Origin: Eledone cirrhosa
Taxonomy: Eukaryota
NCBI GenBank assembly: GCA_964016885.1
Contig: OZ024740.1
Coordinates: forward strand, 396,428,001-396,492,000
Direction of reading: 5' to 3'
DNA length: 64,000 nt
Part shown: piece after piece, positions 53,601 through 64,000 of the stretch
How positions within the stretch are numbered: the stretch's first letter is position 1
How the letters are laid out: every line of letters begins with the position of its first letter
Made by a program: the position numbers and the translations under genes
Notes under the pieces: generated by a model
Seen by the model: the letters and a program-made list of their open reading frames with translations, nothing else
Database searches by the model: none
What the model was told of the DNA's origin: nothing

Positions 53601-53928
53601 TATATCTGTACGAATGAGTATATAGACACATTGAGTATACAAACATGTAAAAATGTCAAATATACATATTTCCCCATAGATTGAAACAATGATGAATTTA
53701 ATATACACTACAAATATAGCATTAAATATTACTTAGTCATATTTCCTTGCTGTAATGTGGTTGGCGAATGGCATCCAGCAGTAGAAACCAAGCCAGAAAC
53801 AGTCCGCATGAAGAAGACACATTAAACAGTGGTGATGATGATGAGGATAATTATATATTTCTGTTAATTCATTATAACTTTCGTTAATTTATGGTAATTT
53901 TAGTTTCATTATTTTGTTAACCCAGTTA

Positions 53929-54258
53929 AGGGCGGTGGATTGGCAGTATCGGTAGAGGGTCTGACACCATGCTAGGGCGGTGGATTGGCAGTATCGGTAG
54001 AGGGTCTGACACCATGCTAGGGCGGTGGATTGGCAGTATCGGTAGAGGGTCTGACACCATGCTAGGGCAGTGGATTGGTAGTATCGGTAGAGGGTCTGAC
54101 ACCATGCTTTGACGCATAGAGTTACGGCCCTTGCCATTCTGAGTTCAAATCCGGCCAAGGTTAACTTTGCCTTTCATCCTTACGGGGTCGATAAAATAAA
54201 GTACCAGTAATGCACTGGGTAATTGCTGGCCTTGTGCCAAAAGTAGAAACAATTATTA
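53929..54258 (+). mobile_element. SINE family A with four tandem copies of its 45-bp 5' head; 12-bp TSD
   Basis: (agggcggtggattggcagtatcggtagagggtctgacaccatgct)x4 at 53929-54108. TSD tgttaacccagt at 53915-53926 and 54259-54270. Confidence 0.9.
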
Positions 54259-55467
54259 TGTTAACCCAGTGAAAGCTGAGATTTTCACAAAAAGAATTCA
54301 GGGTGCAATTCTCATGTCAAAATACAGAACAATGTTGAGGAACTTTTCACACATGCATATCTTGCAAAATTTTCTTTGGCGTTGAATGTACTCTTTTTTT
54401 TTTATATACCTTCAATTGCCACACTGTGATATGCTGATTATGTCACACATTAATTTAACAAATAGAATATTCAGTTAATTGTATAACTGAGTGCACATTG
54501 TTGAAACCAATTGGTGACTTATCTTACTGAAGTATCCGGTGATGTTTATGCGTGTGCTTGACTGTTCTAACACCTTAATCTCACTGACATTTGCAGAAAT
54601 GCTGATTGTTTTGGGTCAACTCTCTGCTTTGTTGAGTGTGTATGCATTTTAAACTAATAAAATTTATTTCAGTTTGAGATATATGAATAAATAGTACAAT
54701 CATTATTCTAATGATTGCATTATTTATCCATGTCTTAGTAGTTATTCTTTTAAAAATATTAAAAAAAAAAAAATGTTCACATTCAGCATATGGAATGTTA
54801 AAAAGCCAGATGTGATGTGAGAAATGTGGTTTGGCTGACATCTGGTATATGTTAAAAACTAGCAGCAGTAACTGGCCTTGACCGCATTTATTAATACCTA
54901 AAGAAATACTATCAATCACACAAATTCACAGATGCTGACAATCTTCAGTTGATTTCAGAATTGTTGCATTCCATCCACCAAAAACATGATTCAAGATGAG
55001 CTTCTTAAAAATATAGAAACTAAAATAAAATTTTAATCTTACATTTAATAAACGATTTTCCATGAAAACATTTTTTCGATATATTGTAGTAATTTGCTTA
55101 ACTACTCTCAATGAATTATTTTCCAATCGGTAACATCTTCCAATGATTATTGTAGTGTTTAGGGGAATACAAAAGGTTTTCTGAGAATATGCAAAGTATA
55201 AGAAAAAGCAACAAAGCTTATGATTTTCTTGTTGAGAAGATGTACTTCTATGCAAGTTCTCAGCTACCTGGGTGCAAAACTGTCCCACAACTTGGAACAT
55301 AAAAAAGTAAAATAAAGAAATCGTAAGGGTGCTGCCCTGACACACAGCATGTCTTAGGCATTATAAACCTGGCCCCTGAACACAACTGATTTATTGCACA
55401 GAGAGAGCAAGAGAAGAATCAACGTATTTTAAACCAGGCTTGAACACAACCGATGAGAGAGAGAGAA

Positions 55468-55745
55468 ATCAATTCTGGTACTGGACTGGTATTGTATTTA
55501 TCGACCTCGAAAGGATGCAAGGCAAAGCTGACTTCGGCGGGATTTGAACTCGGAGCATAGCATTGGCAGTATCGGTAGAGGATCGGACGTCATACTTTGC
55601 AGCATAGAGTTACGGCTCTTTATGGTCTGAGTTCAAATCCCGCCGAGGTTAACTTTACCTTTCGTCCTTACAGGCTCGATAAAATAAAGTACCAGTAATG
55701 CACTGGAGTAATTGCTGGCCTTGTGCCAAAAGTAGAAACAATTAT
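55468..55745. mobile_element. Head-to-head pair of SINE A-type copies
   Basis: Diverged minus copy at ~55468-55555 and plus copy at ~55562-55745. Confidence 0.8.
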
Positions 55746-56244
55746 TAATCCGACACTTTAGCGACTTACCTATTAGCTGCCTTTTAATTTGAGAAATACA
55801 TACATTCACTTTATATATTAAGATAACCAAACAGATAAATAGTTGATGCCTTTTAGTTTCCAGGGGTCCCTTAAACTGAAACTTAAGGGATTTCTCATGT
55901 GACTATGAAATTGAAATTTAAGGGATTTCAAAAGTGAGTGTTTATCTTTGCAATTAAAATGAAGATTATTGTAAAAAAGTGAAAGTTTTTTCCGGACAGT
56001 AAGATTGCTGACTAGGCATTATAAAGCATCCAGTGTAATGTAGTCATTATAGAAGCCTTACTCGACAAACATTAGTCAGTATATTGGTGTTTAACGTGAG
56101 CAAAGAATGCTATTAATTACCTAAGTGTATTGAATGTTAATAGAAGAAATAACGATTAACATCAAATACATGAGACACAATTACAATAATGGCTCCTTTA
56201 TCAATAATGGATTTGCTCATCCAACAATAGGTCTGACTGATGGA

Positions 56245-58912
56245 AATTGTTTTTGTTTCCTCTCATCTCTCTTCAAGTGCACAGTGCAAATTCGGGTTCC
56301 CTCACGTCCTCTCTTAAGCGGCAGTTCCAGCTGTTTGAGTCTACTCCAACCGCATCTCACCTCAGTTCGACATCAAGCCCGGTGTTCACCAACAGACAGC
56401 CGGTAGACCTCAAGCGAGCAGTCAATGCCAAATTCAGCGAATTTGACATTAAAGGGGCTGTCTGTCTCCTCTCTTCTCTGTCCTCTGAAAGAGAAGCACC
56501 CATCGGCACCCCCAGATGATCAGCTACACTGGTCCGAACCACCGTAAAATACTTGAGACCGGTTTACACCACCGATATCATCAGAAAAGCGATTTCATCA
56601 TTCCCCGCTGGGTCAGGCGCGGGGATTGACGGCTTTCGTCCTCAACACCTCAACGATGGTATCTCCTTATCGGCCGGTGATGCTGGACTCGAGTTCCTGG
56701 AGAGTCTGACTCAGTTTGTGAATCAGTTCTATTCAGTGAACGTTCTCCCGTTCATCTGCCCACTGTTCTTCGGTGCAAAGCTATTTGGTCTCACCAAGCC
56801 CAACGGTGACCTGCGCCCCATTGCGGTTGGCTGCATTCTTCGCCGCTTCACTGCCAAGGCGTGTTTACTGTTGGTCTCCGACTCACTGGCGGAGGAATTT
56901 TCCCCCATCCAGCTGGGGGCCGGTACCAAGTTGGGATTTGAGGCTGCTGTCCACACTACTTGCCCTCCTCGTCCCCCAAGGTCATCCTCAAACTTGACCT
57001 CAGGAATGCCTTCAACTCCGTCAGCCGCGATATCGTCCTCGGCTCAGTAAGAGAGAGGGACCCATAACTCTACCACTTTGCTTGACAGGTTTATCGGGAG
57101 CCCTCCTACCTCTCTTTCAGTGACCAAATCATCACCTCTGCCTTAGGAGTCCAACAGGGTGACCCACTCGGGCCCTCTCTGTTTGCACTGGGCATTGATG
57201 ACGTCACCAAGATGGAGGTTGTCTGGTACCTCGACGACGCATATTTGGGGGGGAACTACGGATATGATTCTCGCCACTGCCAACATAATGGTTGAGGAGC
57301 TTGGCCGCCGGGGTCTCTAGGTCAATAGCTCCAAATGTGAGCTCTAGATCCTCAACCATCTGGCTTCTCAACACCAACAGCTAATTGACCTGTTTGCAGA
57401 GTCCTTCCCTTCCATCGCGGTCCCTCCCCCACCAGCTTGGTGCTCCTTAGGAGCCCCAGTCACAGACCTTACCTTCGAGTCAATCTTCCAATCGAAGATG
57501 GTTGTCCTTGAGCATCTGCTGAAGAATATCAAAGTTATCGAACCCCATCAAGGTTTGTTCATACTCCGGAACTACTTGTCTATTCCTATGCTTCTGTATC
57601 TGCTCAGGGTCAGCCCTTCTCACAGATTTCCGTCATGCCTCCAACACTTCGATGACCTGATCTTCGAGAGACTCGAGTGCTTGGTCTTTCCAGAGTCCCG
57701 TGATCAGGCTGCATTGCCCAAGCGATTTGGGGGTCTTGGTCTTCGTAAGTGTTTGTTCCTCTCTGTCCCCTATTTCTTTTCCTCCACCCTGGTGAGCAGC
57801 ATCCTCTCCTCTACAACATGAACTAGTTCTAACAGGGAGTTGGGTGAAGCTCTCCAGCAATGGAGTGAGTTGGGCTTGTCTCTTCCTGAGAAGGTGGAGG
57901 ACAGTCGAAGTCAGAGAACTTGGGACAACATAAGTTCGAAGGCCACCTTCGACTCCCTCTTTGTCCAGTCAGATCAGTTTGCAAGGTGCCGCTTACTATC
58001 TGCCAGCGCCAAATACTCAGGTGACTGGGTTGATGCCCTACCCGTGGCCAACGTTGGTGGCCTACTCAGCCTGGACAAACTACGTGTCTCCATTGCTCTC
58101 AGAGTAGGAGCTGACGTCTGCATAGGTTTGAGGTGCTGATGCGGCAAACTCCTCGACTCGACAGTCTTTCTTGCCGCCTGAATGCTGGCCACTTCGTGCA
58201 TCACACGGAGCTAAACCTCATTCTCAAGAGAGCTTTGGCCTGGGCGAACATCCCCTCAATCTTAGAACCATCTGGGTTGTCCAGAAGTGACAGCAAAAGA
58301 CCTGATGGCCTTACCCTGTGCCCCTGGTTGAGAGGCAGGTGCCTTGTCTGGGACGTCACTGTTAGTGACTCTTTTGCTTCTTCCCACATCCTAGAGGCTG
58401 CGGTTAGGACAAGAGTCACAGCTTCTGCAGCTGAACGGAGTAAGACCCTCAAATACTCTGATCTGTCGGCCAGCTACATTTTTCAGCCTGTGGTTTTCGA
58501 GACGTTTGGGGGAGTCGGGCCGCTGACTGCGAGGTTCCTGTCTTTACTGGCGGCTCGCCTAATAGAGGTAACTGGCGAATCTCGTGAGGGCGCTTGGTTG
58601 TTCCAGCGCATTACCTCGCCATCACCCGAGGCAATGCTGCGATTGTGCTGGCTTGCCTAAAAAATCATTAGAGAGGTTGCCCAGTACTCCTCGCGACACT
58701 GCTGTCTTTTGCTCTGGTGTTGGCTCGGTTGTTCACCCCTTCCTTTACATTTTCTTTAATATTGTAACATTAAAAGAATTTATCTTTCTGAAAGAATCGC
58801 GAGCAATTTATAATGTTATCTAAGCATTTGTAATGTTATTTATGTATATATTAAAACATATTTGTTATGTTATTCTACTGTAAATTTATTTATATGCTTT
58901 GTATAATAAATG
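56245..58912 (+). mobile_element. CRE-type non-LTR retrotransposon (RT and restriction-like endonuclease), 5'-truncated and frameshifted
   Basis: SFPAGSGAGIDGFRPQHL, KPNGDLRPIAVG, QQGDPLGP, WYLDD, QAALPKRFGGLG, the RLE region HTELN...EPSGLSRSDSKRPDG...WDVTV...AERSK..KY...PVVFETFG, and an AT-rich 3'UTR with aataaa. Confidence 0.85.
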
Positions 58913-59527
58913 TTTTTACTATAATGGGTTACAACTATGTATTATTTATGTAAAAAATTAATTAAAATTTTAACTTTTTACTCATGAAAAGATATTCAAT
59001 TTTTTGTAACGAAAAGACTTTCAATTTCTTGCAAAAACACTTTCATTTTCTTACATGAAAACGCTCGAATTCACAGGTAAATAAATTCAGGGACCCTGGA
59101 AACAAAGATGCGCCAAAGAACTTTTGAGGAGAGATAGTGAAAGACTTGGAAATGTTTACCAGTCTATTATTACACACTCATTAGCAGAAATTGTATCTTT
59201 GTATTAGATTTTATACATCATAGCTTAGAGAATTGTCTACAAGCTTGTTGATTTGTCTTATTGTTTAATCGCTTATTTCAGAAAATATCTTAGAGATATA
59301 TTGACTAGTAGTATGAAAATCTTTGTCGGGTGGTGGAGCAACGGGATAAATCGTCAATGTCCGCTAAATCTAAAATTGATTTCATATCACATACAACAGT
59401 CAACTTGATTTTACAATACAACATTAATATTTGAGTAGGGCGTGCTCATAAAAAAGTTTTTACATATTTTGTCTCAAAATAATTGCTGTATCCTCAAAGG
59501 GAACATAATTCTATTATTTACACGCAT

Positions 59528-60715
59528 TAGGGCGGTAGATGGGCAGTACCGGTAGAGCGTCGGACAACATGCTTTGCAGCATAGAGTTACGGCTCTTTAC
59601 GATCTGAGTTAAAATCCTGCCGTGGTTAGCTTTGCCTTTCATCCTTGTAGGGTCGATAAAATAAAGTACCAGTAATACATTGAAATAATTGCTGACCTTG
59701 TGCCAAAAGTAGAACAAATTATTACAGCTTCTAAACAGATCTTTGTCAACTTACCGTTTTTAGATGTAAATAGTGAATGAATGTGTTGTGTTATTTTATT
59801 TTTACTAAATGATGAAATAGATGATTGAGTTGTTATATTAAGATTTCCAAAGCTTTTAAAATTTTTATTCTACGATAACAAGGTTCATATACGAACTTAG
59901 GCATTAGTTTATTTGGCGTTTGCGGAAGGATTTTTCTTCTTTTAATATTGTGCTACGGTCAGCTTATCTTGCTTAGGGAATTTTTTTGGCGTGACCCTCT
60001 TTCAGTATCAGGTTTACTTTTGGACATAAAGGGACGTAACTGGACGCAAACCCCTTATTAATGCTATTATTTTATTGGATTGGCAGTATCGGTAGAGGGT
60101 CAGACGCCATGCTTTCCAGCATAGTTATGTCCCTTTGCGGTCTGAGTTCAAATCCCGTCGAGGTTAACTTTGCCTTTCATCCTTACGGGCTCGATAAAAT
60201 AAAGTACAGTAATGCACTGGGTAATTGCTGGCCTTGTGCCAAATGTAGAAACAATTATTATTTATTAATTATTTTGACAGTATCGGTAGAGGGTCGGACG
60301 CCATGCTTTCCAGCATAGTTACGTCCCTTTAAGGTCTGAGTTCAAACGTATGTACTGGCCTAAATCTTCACTATTTACTGTTACTATTTTAAGGCAAAGT
60401 AAAAATCCTGTCGAGGTTAACTTTGCCTTTCATCCTTATGGGGTCGATAAAATAAAGTACCAGTAATGCACTGGATAATTGCTGGCCTAGTGCCAAAAGT
60501 AGAACAATTATTTATTAATTAAGGGCGGTGAATTGGCAGTATCGGTAGACAGTCGGACATGCTTTCTAGCATAGAGTTACGTCCCTTTACGATCTGAGTT
60601 CAAATCCCGCCGAGGTTAACTTTGCCTTTCATCCATACGGGGATCAATAAAATAAAGTACCAGTAATGTACTGGGTATTTGCTGGCCTTGTGCCAAAAGT
60701 AAAAACAATTATTAT
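59528..60715 (+). mobile_element. Cluster of four same-orientation SINE family A copies
   Basis: Units at ~59528-59720, 60077-60255, 60278-60510 (interrupted at ~60347-60404) and 60522-60710. Confidence 0.85.
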
Positions 60716-61363
60716 TTATTAATTTTTCATATTCTCTTTTTAGGTGAAATAAGAGAAAATGTCCTATAGAAAGCGTAGTATTTTTTAAAAGTATAACCTT
60801 TTATGATGTAAAATATAAGAAATTATTACGAAAATATTTATTATCAAATAGAAGGAGAAATGGGACACTTATATAGTCAGCTCTCAATGACGAGCATGCA
60901 TAATATACCCCCGGGTATTACATATTTAGCTCTCAATAATTGGGAACATATATACAGGACAATATCACACAGATTTTTATATGTAGAGGATAGGATCAAT
61001 CGAAGCTTCCCTATGTCCAGGATATTATCACCTATCAGTTGAATTAACGCAATCAGAAGTCTGGAAAACTCATTACAAATTGCTCACAATTCTTTCAGAA
61101 TATATTACAAATATAATGTCATTGATAAGCACAAATATAAACGCATATAACAAATACAATTAACCATTGCTAATAACCTCACAAAAACAAGGCACCAAAT
61201 ATATATGACCAGAGCAAGAGAATGAAAAAAAGAGGGGAAACAATCGGCCGCACATCACAAGGGTCAACACACACGCATATATATGTATGCATATATATAT
61301 GTACATATGTATGAATCTGTAACTCTTGATGGTGTCGTAGGGCCATACAGTGTTTCTTCTATC

Positions 61364-61397
<34 letters not shown>

Positions 61398-61581
61398 AAG
61401 AGAAAGAGAGAAAATGAGAACGAGACATAGATGACGAATCGACCCAAGTACTAGACTGGTACCTCGAAAGGCTGAAAGACAAAGTTGACCTTAGCGGGAT
61501 TTGAACTCAGAGCGCAGAGAGCCGGAATGTATACTCCAAAGCATTCTATCCAACGTTTTAATGATTGCCAATTTGCCACCC

Positions 61582-61931
61582 ATCATCACCATCATCATCA
61601 TTTCATTTTACGTCCGCTTTTTCCCTGCTTGCAAGGGTGGGACGGGAACTGATTCTGGCTTGATTTCTACAGCTGGATGCCCTTCCTAACACCAACCTCA
61701 TTTACAGTGAGTGCTGGGTGCTTTTTTGCCGTGGCACCTACACGACCACTTTGCAGTGGAATGATATGGACCCCAATCCCTATCATCTCATTTCTACAGC
61801 TGAGTAAACTGGAGCAATGTGAAATAAAATGTCTTGCTCAAGGAAACAACACATCACCAGGTCTGAGAATTGAACTCACAACCTTTCGATTGCAAGGCCA
61901 ATGCTCTAACCACTAAGCCATGTGCCTCCAT
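61582..61931 (-). mobile_element. SINE family B, complete copy
   Basis: Nearly identical to 37251-37595. Confidence 0.9.
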
Positions 61932-62160
61932 ATATATATTATTTGAATTTGGCAAAGGCGGCCATTTATCGCTCGTATACAGGAAACTGACCTGCCAGTC
62001 TGCTGATATGCAAATCTGGCTGATCAGTGGATCTGCTAATATGCAGATCTGACTGATCAGCTAGTCTGCTAATATGCAAATCAGGCCAATCAGTCACTGG
62101 GTATTTTTGAAAATAGCATATATTTTCACTAGCTCTGACAGTTTGGCAGGTGAACAGTGA

Positions 62161-62206
62161 GCTGTACTGATGAAGGGTGGTACCCAGAAACATTAGTGTC
62201 TACAGT
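62161..62206 (+). ncRNA. Compact type-I hammerhead ribozyme
   Basis: gctgta-CTGATGA-a gggt ggt accc a-GAAA-ca ttag tg-TC-tacagt. Stems I, II and III all pair and the GUC site is at 62198-62200. There is an A.A mismatch at the base of stem II. Confidence 0.8.
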
Positions 62207-62366
62207 TTTGTTCACATGCCAACACAAGAGAATGAATGAAGGGTTCATTCTACTGACATGGCTATAAAATTGAGGCTTGTTTGCATTATTACAAACGAAT
62301 CGAATGTTATTACTGATATTCGAAAAACTCAGATTACATATATATATATATATATAAATAAAACAT

Positions 62367-64000
62367 ACTTAAAAAAGCCCGACAACCACCTGATCACCTA
62401 TAGATCAGGGGAGCATTCTAGTCAGATATATTTTATCCTCATCAGAGGACGTGACAGATGGACAGTTATAAAGACAAAAGCCTTCCCTAGTGAGGAATGT
62501 ACCTCCCAACATAGCTTAGTTGTCAGCGACCTCACGGTCAGAACTAGACGAACCTGGAAATAGAGGCCAACTTGGAGAAGAAAGACCCCTCAGCCAGTAA
62601 CAGATTTAAAGATATTTTACTCAATGCCTATGACAGTACAGAAGAACAGATAGAGACATTCAATGTAGAAGAGCACTGCGAGTTCCTAAAAAATAACTTA
62701 CTAGAGGCGACGAATGAGATCTGTGGCTGGAGTAAGACCACAAGCAGGAGAAGTGTGACTTGGTGGTGGAACAATAAGGTAGATGAGGCAGTTAAGGCCA
62801 AGAGACAGGCATGGAAAGAATGGAAGAACGGGGGAAACAGGGTACATTACATAGAGACCAAGAAGGAAGCTAGGCGACAAGTATACTTAGCTAGGAGGGA
62901 AGCAGAGGATAGAAAATTCAAGCATGTTTTGCAACGTGAGGACCAGAAACAGGAGGTGTTCAAGATAGCGAGGCAGTGTGTAAGAGAGAATTGTGATGTC
63001 ATTGGAGAGAAGTGTATCCGAAATGATAAAGGCGAGCTTGCCCTCACAAGTGCTGAGAAGAAAGATGCATGGAAGAGCCATTATGATAGATTACTAAATG
63101 ATGGGAATGCATGGGAAGAAGAGAACCTACCCCAAGTAGACCCTATAGAGGGGCCAGCAGTACAAGTCAGTAGCAGCGTAGTAAGTAAAGCAATCAAAGA
63201 TATGAAGATGGGGAAGGCAACCGGTCCATCGGGTATAGCTGCCGAGATGTGAAGGCATCTGGGTCTGTAGGTCACACTATAACCACACGTATTGTTAACC
63301 AGGTAATACTAGAAGGTGTCGTACCAAAAGATTGGTGCAGTAGCATCATTGTCAACTGCTACAAAGGTAAAGGTGATGCACTAGATAGAGGAAACTATAG
63401 AGGTATAAAGCTGATGGACAACTCATGAAAGTAACAGAAGGAGTTATAGCACAGTTGATTAGGGACCGGGTGAAACTAGATGAGATGCAATTTGGGTTTG
63501 TACCAGGAAGAGGCACCACTGATGCCCTCTTCCTTGTGAGGCAGTTACAGGAAAAGTACCTAGCTAAAAGTAAGCCACTCTACCTGGCATTCGTCGATCT
63601 CGAGAAAGCCTTTGACAGAGTTCCACGTGCTATAATTTGGTGGGCTCTTAGAAAACTAGGAGTAGATGAATGGCTTGTGAAAGCTGTACAAGCCATGTAT
63701 AGGGGAGCAGTCAGCAAAGTTAGGATTAGCAATGAGTAGAAATTAGAGAAGAAATTCCAAACTTGGAAGCAGGGACTAGAAAGAAAGGGTCTCAAAGTCA
63801 ACATGACAAAGAATAAGGTCCTTGTAAGTAGACGAGAAAACAGAACCCAGATCCCCTCAGGGAAATGGCCTTGCTCAGTATGTAGGAAAGGTGTAGGTAG
63901 GAACTCCATTCTCTGCCCCAAATGCAAACAATGGGTACACAAGAGATGTAGCGGGATCTCAGGAAGCTTAATTAAGAATGTAGGCTTCACATGTAGCAGC
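62367..64000 (+). mobile_element. RTE LINE (subfamily 1), 5'-truncated within the endonuclease, running off the window
   Basis: HLITYRSG...QHSLVVSD, TWWWN and RT motifs. Very similar to 47961-49200, but with a ~163-bp deletion at ~63738 that removes YADD. Confidence 0.95.

Noticed and set aside
53929-54108. CRISPR-like or peptide-repeat array
   Set aside because: The units are contiguous with no unique spacers and are SINE heads, and the DNA is eukaryotic.
54581-55345. Minus-strand ORFs of 112 and 139 aa
   Set aside because: They have AT-driven composition with no motifs or convincing splice sites.
60770-61360. Possible Penelope ORF remnant (SKLPYVQDII) ending at (TA)n
   Set aside because: Too decayed to support. 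No GIY-YIG or RT motif could be read.

Overview
AT-rich, repeat-dense animal genomic DNA. The (TA)n/(ATC)n microsatellites and the SINE/RTE families look like an octopus-type cephalopod, which is an inference. One 200-N gap lies at 45132-45331. The only convincing host gene is the 5' end of a minus-strand gene: two coding exons at 5053-4876 and 3534-3470 encoding a signal-peptide-like N-terminus that resembles TMEM131. The rest of the window is mobile DNA: RTE LINEs of several subfamilies (one nearly full length, with a PHD-like finger after the RT), CRE-type RT+RLE retrotransposons, CR1 and L1/Tx1 fragments, two Helitron remnants, MITEs and two tRNA-derived SINE families. The most striking unexplained signal is a set of short, mutually unrelated, ORF-less elements sitting in (TA)n tracts. 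Each carries a type-I hammerhead ribozyme motif and most also have a fold-back or inverted-repeat structure. Two of them show the compensatory U3-A8 core variant. They look like a Penelope/retrozyme-like non-autonomous system. All alignments and folds were done by eye, so boundaries are approximate.
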